Source: a virus
Virus record (IMG/VR): IMGVR_UViG_3300042345_000884
Coordinates: 13,923-77,922 of that record
DNA length: 64,000 nt
Strand: one strand, 5' to 3'
Made by a program: the position numbers and the translations under genes. The notes beneath the pieces were generated by a model. The model searched no databases, was not told the origin of the DNA, and saw only the letters and a list, made by a program, of their open reading frames with translations. How positions within the stretch are numbered: position 1 is the first letter of the stretch; every line of letters starts with the position of its first letter. Of the stretch, positions 38,854-49,700 are shown one piece after another.

Positions 38854-39213
38854 ATGTGGAAATTTTTACAAGTCGATATTGCTGATATCAATCCTTCCGT
38901 TCTTGAAGAAACTTTCTCTCAAACTAAATTAGATAATTTAGCTAATCTTATTATTGAAATGGGTGGACTTATTCGCCCTGTTATCCTCAAAAAAGCTGAT
39001 AATAAAAAAGTTGGTGAACGTTATGATATTATCAGTGGAGATTTGGAATATTATGCTTCTGTTATCGCTAATCAGAAATCTCCTGACATCGAGATGATTA
39101 ACGCTTTTGTCGTTGATAAAGAAGCGGAGAGTATCGCTTCACGACAAATAGATTTATGTGATTCGGCAAAAAGAAAAAAAAACAGAGACGAAATTCACTC
39201 TATTAAATTTTAG
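38854..39213 (+). CDS. ParB-N-like domain protein (cyanobacterial type)
   Basis: LANLIIEMGGLIRPVIL...YDIISGDLEYYA. Confidence 0.7.
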   Translation: MWKFLQVDIADINPSVLEETFSQTKLDNLANLIIEMGGLIRPVILKKADNKKVGERYDIISGDLEYYASVIANQKSPDIEMINAFVVDKEAESIASRQIDLCDSAKRKKNRDEIHSIKF

Positions 39214-39264
39214 TCACCTAAGCAAGTCAGTAAACTGCTTAATTTAATCTATAATAGCAACGCT

Positions 39265-39630
39265 ATGATCTTAATTATGTCTCTTAGATCGGAAGATTTT
39301 GAAGTTTTAAAATCTTCTGTTCAAAAAATCGACAATATCGACACTAACTTAAATCTTGTTAAATTACAAGATTATTCTCTATTGGGCATAACAAGAGTAG
39401 CCTTAATCTGTGATAAACAGCCTGAAATAAAAGGGATTAATTTCTCTGTAGAGATAAGTATCCCTGAAACTAGATACTGCGCCGCTTGTTTAGTTTTAGG
39501 TAAGTTTACGCCACTTACTATCCGTAACAGTTCTGGATACTGTCTAGAACATCGAGAACTTGATCCTAAGCGAAAACGGGATCGACACAAACGCTATAAG
39601 CAGAGACGTAGTACAAATGTTCAGAAATAA
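39265..39630 (+). CDS. Zn-finger hypothetical protein
   Basis: CAAC...GYCLEH, basic tail. Confidence 0.55.
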   Translation: MILIMSLRSEDFEVLKSSVQKIDNIDTNLNLVKLQDYSLLGITRVALICDKQPEIKGINFSVEISIPETRYCAACLVLGKFTPLTIRNSSGYCLEHRELDPKRKRDRHKRYKQRRSTNVQK

Positions 39631-39672
39631 TTCTCCCAAATACTTGACATTTCTGGGAGAATATCGTAAGAT
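39610..39672 (+). promoter_or_regulatory. 63-bp promoter/operator repeat, copy 5
   Basis: Same motif with TTGACA/TAAGAT. Confidence 0.85.
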
Positions 39673-39706
39673 AGAATCAAGCAAACAAACACAAGAGGAC
39701 AAAGTT

Positions 39707-40084
39707 ATGACTTCCATTGATGATGATTGGTTACTTTACGAGTATGAGACATCGGTACTTATCAAGCATATCGAAAAAAATCTCAATGAAATTAACCGAA
39801 ACTATTTCGAGGGAATTTACGGAATACTAAGCATCACTAATAGCGGCAATTACGTTACGGTTAAAAGTCAAGAGGTTTTTGTTGCAGATTATGACACTCA
39901 AAAGCTTTTTGACGCTCTAGAAAATTTTAGTGAAGAAGATCGAGACTTTCTTTTTCCTTATGATTTGTGGAACTATTTAGATCATTGCAAGCGCACGCCA
40001 GAAGATCAGGAATCTGACAACAAGTTAAAAACCGAGAAGGAATTAACTTTTTCTGAAAACAGTAATAATATGGAAATTAGTTAG
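39707..40084 (+). CDS. Short paralog of the 40209 gene
   Basis: Shared NLNEINRNYFEG...DYDTQKLFDALENF; same EIS end as 41516. Confidence 0.7.
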   Translation: MTSIDDDWLLYEYETSVLIKHIEKNLNEINRNYFEGIYGILSITNSGNYVTVKSQEVFVADYDTQKLFDALENFSEEDRDFLFPYDLWNYLDHCKRTPEDQESDNKLKTEKELTFSENSNNMEIS

Positions 40085-40113
40085 ATACCAGTTGCCAGTT
40101 TCCAGTTATCAGT

Positions 40114-40176
40114 AGTACAAACGTTCAGAAATAATTAACCCAGATAGTTGACTTTATTGGGAGAATCGGATATATT
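40114..40176 (+). promoter_or_regulatory. 63-bp promoter/operator repeat, copy 6 (left half-site degenerate)
   Basis: AGTACAAACGTTCAG..TTGACT..TTGGGAGAA..TATATT. Confidence 0.8.
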
Positions 40177-40208
40177 AGAAATGTAACCAAACCACAAGGA
40201 CACAAATT

Positions 40209-41516
40209 ATGACTTCCATCAAATTTTACGAAAGATCGACAATTATTAAACGTATTGAGGACAATCTCAATGAAATTAACCGAAACTATTTCGAGGGAAA
40301 ACACGGAATATTATCAGTCACTAATAGCGGCGATTACGTTACGGTTAAAAATCGAGGTGTTTACTTAGCAGACTATGACACTCAAAAGCTTTTTGACGCA
40401 TTAGAAAACTTTGAAGATGATTACGAGCTTGCGCTTTCCTGCTATGATCTTTGGGATTATCTTGATAATTGTGAATACACACTTCCAGAAGATCAAAAGC
40501 TTCTTGTAAAACTTGAAGATTTACTTGATGAAATTGATTGTACATACTTTAGTCATTGCCGTTCAGAATTATTAATTGAGCAACAAAATGACGAAATAGT
40601 AAATATCCGTAAGAATGGCGAATGTTTATCATTCTTTATTCAACCGCTAGTTAGCAGCTTAGATAATATCGATACTGGTTTTTTTGATGATCTATGGGAT
40701 TATCTTGAGTATAAGTTTCTGTTTCACGCAGTAAAAACTGACAATGAATTAAAAACCAATGATGAGTTATCTTTTCCTGAAAAACGGCAAGTTGCGCTTG
40801 TCGATATGTTGTTAAGTGAACCTGTACCTATAACTGAATCTTCTGGTCTGGATGATTGGACTACCAGTTTAATACCCCACTCACAAACTATACATACCGA
40901 AGCCTCAACGCTAAAGGAATTAGTTGAGGAACTAGAACAAAAAAATGAAATTCTGGAGAAAAAAAATCAAGAATTAGAACAGAGCAAAGAATACAACGAA
41001 GCATGGATTGACAACTTAAAACAAAAAGTTCACGATTTAGAATGTGCGGTTTATCTGATGCAACAGGAAACAAATCAGATAGCAGTCTTAAACGAATCTG
41101 TTACTCAGTTACACATTCGTATCTACAAATTGGAACAGGAAAATAAGTAACTAAAAAATCAATCAGAGCCTCAACCAGAAACTAAACTAGAACCTAAACC
41201 GACAACTAAAAAGCGACCCAAATTTAAACTCCCCGAAAACTTTGCTGACTATCAGCAAGAGTGCGACGACTTAATTAATGCCTTGTCCTGTTTCTATAAC
41301 ATCAAAAAAGGTAAATGGAATGGGATTCTCCAATTTATCCTCACTCCTACCGCTTCTCAAAAAGAGAATTATCCTGACAAGTGGAGAGCAGGACTATATT
41401 TACAGCCAGGACAGTGGATAGTTGACAAAGTAAGTATGTCCGACCCTGATGACTGGCAAGAGTGGTTTATGGACATTGACGATTTTGCTGACGCTAACGG
41501 TATAGAGATTAGTTAG
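40209..41516 (+). pseudogene. Coiled-coil protein split by an in-frame TAA at 41148-41150
   Basis: Frame stays open from 41151 into the 41283-41516 ORF. Confidence 0.7.
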
Positions 41517-41583
41517 TTTCCAGTTATCAGTTATCAGTAGTCAGTTATCAGATATTAGTTGACAATTATTTAGGAGTAAAGCA

Positions 41584-42108
41584 ATGATTGAGATTGAAAT
41601 GGTAGAGATTCCTGATGCAACTTTTGCAATAGGTAAATATCCAGTGACTCAAAAACAATATGAAGCAGTAATGGGAACCAATCCCTCTTGGTTTAAAAAC
41701 AATCCCCAAAATCCAGTAGAAAATGTTAGCTATGATCAAGCTAAAGTTTTTTGCCAAAAACTAAGGAAGATGACTGGTAAAAATTATCGTTTACCAACGG
41801 AAGCAGAATGGGAATACGCCTGTCGGGCAGGGACTGAAACCCTATTTAGCTTTGGTGATGATTTATATAGGTTAGAAAGATTATGGTTGGTTGGATTGAA
41901 TTCTCAGAAGACAACTCATCCTGTGGGACGGAAATTACCTAACGCTTGGGGAATTTATGACATGAGTGGCAATGTCTGGGAAATGACTCAAGAAGCCAAG
42001 TTGCGGGGCGGTTCCAAGAACCGCGACCCTACTTATTGCTATTCTCGTTTTTATATCGTCAACACATTAGCAGAAAACATCGGTTTTCGAGTAGTTTGCG
42101 ACAAATAA
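41584..42108 (+). CDS. FGE-sulfatase (C-type-lectin fold) domain protein
   Basis: KYPVTQ, RLPTEAEWEYACRAG, PNAWGIYDMSGNVWE, RGGS, GFRVV. Confidence 0.92.
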   Translation: MIEIEMVEIPDATFAIGKYPVTQKQYEAVMGTNPSWFKNNPQNPVENVSYDQAKVFCQKLRKMTGKNYRLPTEAEWEYACRAGTETLFSFGDDLYRLERLWLVGLNSQKTTHPVGRKLPNAWGIYDMSGNVWEMTQEAKLRGGSKNRDPTYCYSRFYIVNTLAENIGFRVVCDK

Positions 42109-42163
42109 TCAAGATTCAGTTATCAGTTATCAGTTATCATCAACAAATAAACAGGAGTTCCAA

Positions 42164-42427
42164 ATGATTTTCTACAAAGCTTTCGATTTTTGCCTTCTTA
42201 CCCCTAGCGTACAAGAATTTGCTGAAAAACTAGAGAATATGCTAGTAAAATTAGACCATCATTTATTAATAAGTGAAGATGGACTTTACTGCAAAATATT
42301 TTATCTTGAACCATCACTTAATGTTTTTCCGTATGTTTTTGAAACTCAAAAAGTTTACGAGATGTTGAAAAATTTTAACAAACATAAAAGTTATTTATGG
42401 GCTTTTCTTCAAAATTGTAAAGCTTAA
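42164..42427 (+). CDS. Hypothetical protein
   Basis: AGGAG RBS. Confidence 0.55.
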   Translation: MIFYKAFDFCLLTPSVQEFAEKLENMLVKLDHHLLISEDGLYCKIFYLEPSLNVFPYVFETQKVYEMLKNFNKHKSYLWAFLQNCKA

Positions 42428-42479
42428 TAGTTTTAGCTATCAGTAGTCAGTAATCAGCGATAAATTAACAGGAGTAATT

Positions 42480-42710
42480 ATGTTTCACTTAAGCTTTGCA
42501 GAAAAAGATGAGAATGGCAATCCTAAAAATCAGACTTCTACTGTTGTGGCTATTATACGCGACAAGAATGGAAAGTGTAAAGAATATTCCCACAATATAA
42601 ATACAGAAGCTGATGTTACTGAAATTTTTGAATATTACAATCAAAGGGACGATTTATTGTATTTTGAAGCTATAGACGCTAAAACTGGTCAAACTATTAA
42701 ACTAAAGTAA
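42480..42710 (+). CDS. Hypothetical protein
   Basis: AGGAG RBS. Confidence 0.55.
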   Translation: MFHLSFAEKDENGNPKNQTSTVVAIIRDKNGKCKEYSHNINTEADVTEIFEYYNQRDDLLYFEAIDAKTGQTIKLK

Positions 42711-42729
42711 CAAGTTAACAGAGGTAATT

Positions 42730-43101
42730 ATGTTATCGTTTCAAGAGTTTCAAGAACAAGTTTTAAGTATGTTTGATGTAACCGAAAAAGATAAGTGTAA
42801 GTTTGCAAAAAATTGCATTTATTTTGGGGCAACTATTAGTTACGATAGCTATCAGGCGATAGTATTTGATGTAAAATATATCAAAAGTAACGGTCAGTGG
42901 CATATTCAAAAAATTTATACACAAGACTGTGAGGCTTTTTCGGATTCCTTGACTCAAGGAATCAAAACCATCGACAAACAAACCACAGACTCTATTAACG
43001 GTGAGTTACAAGTTTTCTTTAAAATTCAGAAAGGATGGAGAAAAGCTAAGTTCCAAGAGTTGTTTGAGTCTTTCAATGAATTAATAGAAGCAAAAAAATA
43101 A
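42730..43101 (+). CDS. Hypothetical protein
   Basis: GAGG RBS. Confidence 0.55.
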   Translation: MLSFQEFQEQVLSMFDVTEKDKCKFAKNCIYFGATISYDSYQAIVFDVKYIKSNGQWHIQKIYTQDCEAFSDSLTQGIKTIDKQTTDSINGELQVFFKIQKGWRKAKFQELFESFNELIEAKK

Positions 43102-43110
43102 GCAGGAGTA

Positions 43111-43608
43111 GTGATGATTAGATTTTACTGGAATGATAAATTAGTGTCTCGCCACGAGACAGAAGCAGAAGCTTTTGAACAAGGATTCAAATATTTGCAT
43201 CAACATCCTGCATCGCCTGATTTTAAGGGTATGCCTCATAGACAGTGTTCATTTGTGGACACAACAGAGATTGACTGGTGGAAACGTTCAAAAATCCTTT
43301 TTGAACGTTTTACTGATTGGATTTGGTATAAACGGTATTCTGATAGTAGAGGTGTACTTATAGACATGAAGCGTATCCTTTCAGAAATAAAAAGAAAAGG
43401 GTATTTATCTTTAGACGATATAAATCAACTAACAGAGGTTGACCCAGATTTCTTGCGTAGCTTTGCAAAGTGCTATAAACTAACTCTAGAAGAGGTAAAA
43501 GTGTTAGCATCTAAAAGAGAAGTAACGTTTAACATGGTTTTTGAGTACATAGAAATTCGTTATTCGGCATTAGCGTATTGGTTACGCAAATCAAAAATCA
43601 CTCCTTAA
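43111..43608 (+). CDS. Hypothetical protein (MIxxYW family)
   Basis: MIRFYWNDKLVSRH. Confidence 0.6.
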   Translation: MMIRFYWNDKLVSRHETEAEAFEQGFKYLHQHPASPDFKGMPHRQCSFVDTTEIDWWKRSKILFERFTDWIWYKRYSDSRGVLIDMKRILSEIKRKGYLSLDDINQLTEVDPDFLRSFAKCYKLTLEEVKVLASKREVTFNMVFEYIEIRYSALAYWLRKSKITP

Positions 43609-43665
43609 AACTAATAAAAATAAATTGTTATAATAGCTGTAAGTTATCCTTACAGCTATTTTTTA

Positions 43666-44064
43666 ATGATCAACTGGAATCTAGGAAGACAATTAGCGAT
43701 TGAGTCTTTTAATGAGATGACGGACGAATTTGCCCAAGAAATTAACTTTCAGATAGAAGATACTAAATGGCCTTGGCCGCGGGAAACCGAGCGAAAAAAT
43801 AATACTGTAGTTGGCTCACCTCGGGACATTGTAGATACAGGTGAGCTAAAAAATAGCCAATTTATTGAAGATGTATCTGATACCTATAAAGTAATCGGTT
43901 ATACGGCTGAACACGCACCTCTCGTTCATGAGGGATACGAAATAGAGCGTAACGATGGAACGGTGACAGATATTCCCGCCCGTCCTTTTATAGACACAGC
44001 TATAGAAGACTATAATCCAATTGAGGCTTATAGTGAAATTTTAAAGGGAAAATTAAATGAGTGA
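43666..44064 (+). CDS. HK97 gp10-like tail completion protein
   Basis: RDIVDTGELKNS...VHEG...PARPFI. Confidence 0.8.
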   Translation: MINWNLGRQLAIESFNEMTDEFAQEINFQIEDTKWPWPRETERKNNTVVGSPRDIVDTGELKNSQFIEDVSDTYKVIGYTAEHAPLVHEGYEIERNDGTVTDIPARPFIDTAIEDYNPIEAYSEILKGKLNE

Positions 44065-44506
44065 ATCAGAATTAAGAGATATTTTACTCGGTATTAGAAA
44101 TAATTTAAAAATACTTATTGGTACTGACTTAGGTAAATATGAAATAACAAGCCCTACAGGGCAAAAATTAAATGAAATAGACGCTATCTGGGTAGAGCCT
44201 CCCGAACTACCCGCTAACTATAAAGTAAAGCTTAATAGTGGAATTGAGGTAATTATTCAGAGGGAACCCGACCCCTATCACGAAAACCTATTAGGCTATA
44301 CCGTAGGTATAAATAACTATTGTATTACTTTAAAACAGTATAATCTAGAGAAATCTCTAACGCCGGTAATCGAAAGACTTAAATCTTCTCGCTACTGGAA
44401 TTTTCTAGATCAGCCCCGACTAACCCCCTACACCAAAACTTCTGAGGGAATCATTAGACCAAAAGCGACCTTTAAAATCACTACTGCTAGGCTTTTAGGA
44501 TTTTAG
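44057..44506 (+). CDS. Tail terminator protein (putative)
   Basis: Size and position between the gp10-like and tail tube genes. Confidence 0.55.
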   Translation: MSESELRDILLGIRNNLKILIGTDLGKYEITSPTGQKLNEIDAIWVEPPELPANYKVKLNSGIEVIIQREPDPYHENLLGYTVGINNYCITLKQYNLEKSLTPVIERLKSSRYWNFLDQPRLTPYTKTSEGIIRPKATFKITTARLLGF

Positions 44507-44576
44507 AGTACATAAATACTAAACTTTCTAAACTTTATAGTACAATGTAACTAGAAAAGTTTAGTCAGTGATCAGA

Positions 44577-45308
44577 ATGAGTAATCAGATTTTAGAACTC
44601 AATCGGAGTGACAACCTCACCCCGTCTCGTGATACGCGATTTTTCATATCGGGTGTTTATGGGTTCGGAGAAGACCCTCCGACGCGGGTAGCTGATTTAG
44701 CTACCGCGGTTATTTTAGGAGACACTACTCTTACCGTAGCTACGGGGGGATTTGGTAGAATCCTTTACCCTGGCAACCTAATTTATCTCGGTGCTACTAG
44801 CAACGACTACGTTGTGGTTCGCACAAAAACCACAGCCACTCAGACAGCAATTCAGATCGAGCCGGCTAAGGTCGCTGCTACTCTTGCTACCCCCGCGCAA
44901 AAATGCACGCTTAAATCTTGGGTTCCGCTTATAAGCGCAAAAACCTTCAATGTTGATACTTCTACTACTGAGGTAAGTGATAGTGTTTTCACCGAAATTG
45001 CGGTTGAAAAATTCATCTCCGAAATCATGAGTACCGGATCGGTATCGGGTGCGATTGTATTTGGCGATCCTGGTTATGAAATTGTTAAAGCCGCAGAGCA
45101 AAAAGGTGAGCGAATTTATCTTGAGATTGTCTATATGGGGCAACGCGGCGGGCTAGGATTCCAGTGTAATGTTAGCCAAAATGTTAATGGAGAAAAAGGT
45201 AATTTCTTACAGGGGAATATCACACTAACTATTAGTGGCAATGTGATCGACATTAAACCGATGGCAACGTCGCCATTCTCTTCTAATGTAGCCGATGACC
45301 TCAATTAA
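44577..45308 (+). CDS. Major tail (tube) protein
   Basis: Thr/Val/Gly-rich; SVSG...DPGY and terminal ITLTISG; upstream of the chaperones and TMP. Confidence 0.7.
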   Translation: MSNQILELNRSDNLTPSRDTRFFISGVYGFGEDPPTRVADLATAVILGDTTLTVATGGFGRILYPGNLIYLGATSNDYVVVRTKTTATQTAIQIEPAKVAATLATPAQKCTLKSWVPLISAKTFNVDTSTTEVSDSVFTEIAVEKFISEIMSTGSVSGAIVFGDPGYEIVKAAEQKGERIYLEIVYMGQRGGLGFQCNVSQNVNGEKGNFLQGNITLTISGNVIDIKPMATSPFSSNVADDLN

Positions 45309-45570
45309 AGTTAACCTTCTTGTTGATGAAAACGAAGAGGTAATGTTAGTTAACTGCAAAATAATTAATAATTACCTCTTGTTTTCTCTTGGTACATTTG
45401 ATCGGGAAATAAGTCAACAAGAAAAGACATTAATCGAACCACCAGACGGAACAAAGAACCAAGAAAGAATACAGGTATCTGTAACCCTTGATCCTCTGTG
45501 GCTCAATACAGAACAAAGCGCAAAAAGAAATCAAAAGGTAAAAATAAATGAAGTTAAGCGTATTAGGTAA
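45295..45570 (+). CDS. Hypothetical protein of the tail module
   Basis: Coupled 91-aa ORF. Confidence 0.55.
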   Translation: MTSIKVNLLVDENEEVMLVNCKIINNYLLFSLGTFDREISQQEKTLIEPPDGTKNQERIQVSVTLDPLWLNTEQSAKRNQKVKINEVKRIR

Positions 45571-46330
45571 ACTGAAATTCAATGAAACATTCTTTTTCCC
45601 TTTAAAAAAAGAATGGATTTATTATATCCAAGACAATGATGCTTTATTAGAAAAAATAGACGCAATTGCTACCGAAGAAAATGGGGAAATTGGGATTAAG
45701 TTTTTAAAACGATACGGGATTAATCCAAAGGAAAATGAAACAGTCAAGGAATACTTAGAGGCACGAGAAAAAGCTGATAAAGCTTATCTTGAAAAAATTA
45801 AAGCTATCGGGCAAAAAACGGGACTATCCACTACTGAAATTGAAGGAGTAGTAGTTAACGACGGTTCGATCCGAGAACGAATTGAACAGGTCATGGTTGA
45901 TGCCCTTGACGGGGTAAAATCTGACAGCGTAGAACAAAAAGTAGAAACCGCTGCTATTGTACAGCAATCGATATTAAACAACCGCAAGAAAACAAGAGAA
46001 CTAACAAGAGAATCTATAGAACTTGTAGAACCTTATCTTGATGAATTGAACGCTTTATTTAAAGATCGGGAAACAACCTATGAAACTTACAATAAAGCCT
46101 TATTAGCTAATTTTCTTGGCAGTCCTCGTCGGGTAGTCAAACTCAAAGATAAATCTTCTGTTGACTTTACTATACAAGACATTAACGATATGTCTCAATT
46201 TATGATGGTAGCTTTATACCAAGACTATCTCTGGCAGGACATAACCCAGTGGAAGCAATCAGAACCTGAAAAACCAGAACCAGAAAAATCAGAATCAGAG
46301 CCAACGGAGGATGACGAAAAAAACGAATAG
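45548..46330 (+). CDS. Tail assembly chaperone (gpG-like)
   Basis: Upstream of the TMP; ends at slippery site A AAA AAC. Confidence 0.75.
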   Translation: MKLSVLGKLKFNETFFFPLKKEWIYYIQDNDALLEKIDAIATEENGEIGIKFLKRYGINPKENETVKEYLEAREKADKAYLEKIKAIGQKTGLSTTEIEGVVVNDGSIRERIEQVMVDALDGVKSDSVEQKVETAAIVQQSILNNRKKTRELTRESIELVEPYLDELNALFKDRETTYETYNKALLANFLGSPRRVVKLKDKSSVDFTIQDINDMSQFMMVALYQDYLWQDITQWKQSEPEKPEPEKSESEPTEDDEKNE

Positions 46331-46776
46331 ATGACGCAATTAATGCGCGGTTAGAAGCAATCGCTAATCCCATCAATTGGGAAGAAATCTATTACAAATG
46401 GTGTGCGTGGGGACTGTCTGTCGAGGAGTGGGAAGAGTGGCCAGACTGGTTAATCCTAAAAAAATATTCAGGGATTCAAAAAGTCAAATGTGAAGAGATC
46501 AATTCACTATCGGACACAGTTAGCCAGATTGCCGCCATGGTTAACATTTACTTAATGGCTCAATCAAAAGAAAAATCACAGTCTCAACCTCCAAAACCCA
46601 GTGATTTTCTTCCTTTCCGGTTTAAAGAAAATAAAAAATATTTTCTTGATCAAGAAACCGCTCAAATTCTGTTAGAAGCTATGAAAACTGGACAAGTGCC
46701 AGTCTTCGCCACTCAGATAATAGTTGATTGCGGACTATACGACGAAATAATTCAATCAATAGGGGAGAAAAGCTAA
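46318..46776 (+). CDS. -1 frameshift extension of the tail chaperone (gpT-like)
   Basis: -1 frame is open from AAAAAAC (46318-46324) through the 46537-46776 ORF. Confidence 0.75.
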   Translation, partial: KKRIDDAINARLEAIANPINWEEIYYKWCAWGLSVEEWEEWPDWLILKKYSGIQKVKCEEINSLSDTVSQIAAMVNIYLMAQSKEKSQSQPPKPSDFLPFRFKENKKYFLDQETAQILLEAMKTGQVPVFATQIIVDCGLYDEIIQSIGEKS

Positions 46777-49700
46777 TGTCTTTATCACTTGGTACTTTAG
46801 AAATCGGTCTAGGGCTAAATACAGCCCAATATGATAGTGGTATCAAATCGGCTAAAGACCAGCTTTCTTCCTTAGAGGATTATGCCCAAAAAATCACTAG
46901 AGACATGGAATGGTCTCTTAAACAAAGTATTCCTAAGCTAACAATTGTTCCGTCAGTAGATCACCGTCCATTACACGGTTTAAATAAACATTTATCAGAA
47001 AAAGGAAAACACATTGATCAAGTTAGTAAAAAAGTTATCAAGATTAAAGTTGATGACAGTGAACTACAAGAAATAGCAAACAAAACAGTTATAGTTCAGG
47101 CGAAAGTTCAGTCTAAAAGTTCTAGCCAAAAATATTCTAATGAGATTAAACAAACAGTAGAAGTATCTATCAAAAATGCAAATCTTGAATTATTAACAGA
47201 AATTAAAGCGGTTACAAAAGAAATCAGAGAAGTTGTTAAAGCTGTTTCTAGATTAAAGCCTACAGCTATTGGAACTATAAGCAATTCTTTAATACAAGGA
47301 ATTGGATTTAATTTGACTAAAAGTTTTAGTCAAGGATTTGAACAAAGTTTTACTAGAAAAACTGGATTTAACTTTGAATCTGCTGGGCAAAAAACTGGAG
47401 ATATAACTGCTAGTTCTGTACAGTTTGTTCAACCAGTATTAAATAAACTTGTTGATACTTTACAAATAAAAATAGATAAAATAACAGGCAGAGATAAACC
47501 GATTGGAGAACGAATATTAACTGCATCAGAAACTTTCCAAAAAATACAAACCAAGATAGGAGTTTCTAATAATAATCCTTATGCTCAAAAATCTATAGAT
47601 AGTTCGATAGCAAGTTTTCAAAATATGCTCAGTGTTTTAGGAAGTGGCGAATTTTCAGAATTTCCAGAAGCATCTCAAAAGGCAATAACTTCACTAACAG
47701 AGTTATTAAACCTTATATCTTCCGAAAATAACTTAGGTGAACTTACTAAAGATTTAGCAGATTTATTAAAAATAACAATTGCTTTTAGTGGAAAAGATTT
47801 TTTACAAATTATTAAACAATCTCACTCTCTTTTGAAAACTCAAAAAGCTTTAGAGGGAAGTAGCGCAGAATTTATCGGAGCTTTAAAGCAAGCAGTATCA
47901 GAGCAAAAAATTATTGAACAAGGATTTAGATTGATTGCAAGAGAAAATCATAAATCATTTTTTGTTAACGATGAAGGTAAATATATTGGAACCGACAATG
48001 TAGGTGGTCGAGTGATCGGATTTACAGCCACACCAAAACAATCAATACCTGGTGTTGGGCAAGATATTTATGAAATTGCTTTTTCTCTAGATTCTCGGTT
48101 TTCTAGTCTAGGAGATGCAGCGCAATTAACAAAAAAAGAAGTAATTCAACTAAAAAACTCTGTGTCTGAGTTTTTTAATAAGTTTGTAAGCAATACTAAT
48201 GAAGCTATATTAACTGCATCGCCAGAAAATGTAGATCAAAAAGGAAAAAGACGGGGATCAATTTATCAACGATTTGGGTTTGTTCCTGAAGGAGAAGACA
48301 ATCGTTTAGTGGCGCAAATTTCTTCTAGGAAAATTGTTGAGCCAAACTTAAAGTTTAATTTAAAACAGAATGAACAGGTTGCTCAAATAAGTAAACAAAT
48401 TGAACAAAGATTGACAACTACTTTAGGTACGTTTGATAATCTATTTCAGCATAGTATTTCACAATCTATTCAATACGCTAAATCTATAATTATTGGAAGC
48501 GAGTTAATTCAGCAAGATTTAGAGCAACTTCAAAAAGAAGCCCAAAACGCTGAATATGATGATTCACCCGCAATACAAGCTCAAAATAGAATAAATCAAA
48601 ATTTAAAAAATTTACAAGCAAGAGTAAATCAAAGCAAAAGACTGCAAAACGATCCTATTTTACGAGATTTTTCTAAAATAGACATAACAAATATAAATAC
48701 TCTTGTACCAAAAGAACAATTAGCAAAAATTGCATTAAAAATTACTAAAATTACAGAAAATGTGCCTAAAGAAATTGTTGAAAAATTACTTGAGCGTATT
48801 GCACAATTTCAGCCAAAAGAAATAATTGACCCTACACTCTTAGGATCAATTATTTCTTCATTAACAAAAGATATACAAACTCAATTAACAGGAGTAACAC
48901 CTCAATTAAAAATGTTTGGTAGTGGTGTTAATTCAAATTATCTAAATTTATTACCAGAAAAAAAACGAGCATCATTTCTTAAAAAACAAACAGAATACGA
49001 GCAAGCATTAATTAAATACGAGCAGACCGACAATCCAGAAGCCAAAATACCGACTCCTCCACAGTTAAGCAAGATTGATAAACAGACAATTGCTAAAAAC
49101 CTTAGAATTGAAGACATTCAACGTGAAGTCTCTTATGTTATTCAAAATGCTAACACTTTAAGAAAAGCGTCTCAAGATGCTATTGATCGAGTTAATAATT
49201 TATTAGCTAAAGTGCCAAAAAACGAAAGATTTGGACATCCATTGGCATCATTAAAAGGAAACCTTACTCAACTTAAAGAATCTGCCGAAAATGTTAATCC
49301 TATTTATGATTTAAAAAAATTAGGTGTAAACAAAGAAATTCTTGACGCTATTAACGTTAAATCTCAAGTAATACCAGAAATGGCTGATGCTGGCTCTAGT
49401 ATTGTCTCTGGATTAATGCAAGGATTAAATAGTAAACTAGCAGAACTTGAGACTGTTTCAATAGACATTGCCTCTATTCCACTAGAAATAACTAAACAAA
49501 TCAATAAAATACAGTCGCCTTCTAAAGAATTTGAAAAAATAGGAAAAAATATAGTTGAAGGTGAAATTAAAGGGATTAAGTCGAAAGAAAAAGATTTACA
49601 AGCGACGATGGCTATCATTGCTAAAAATATGATAGAGAATCTTTATTTGGCGACTAAAAATCCTGTAAACATCGATCCGTTTTTTCCTCATCCACAATCA

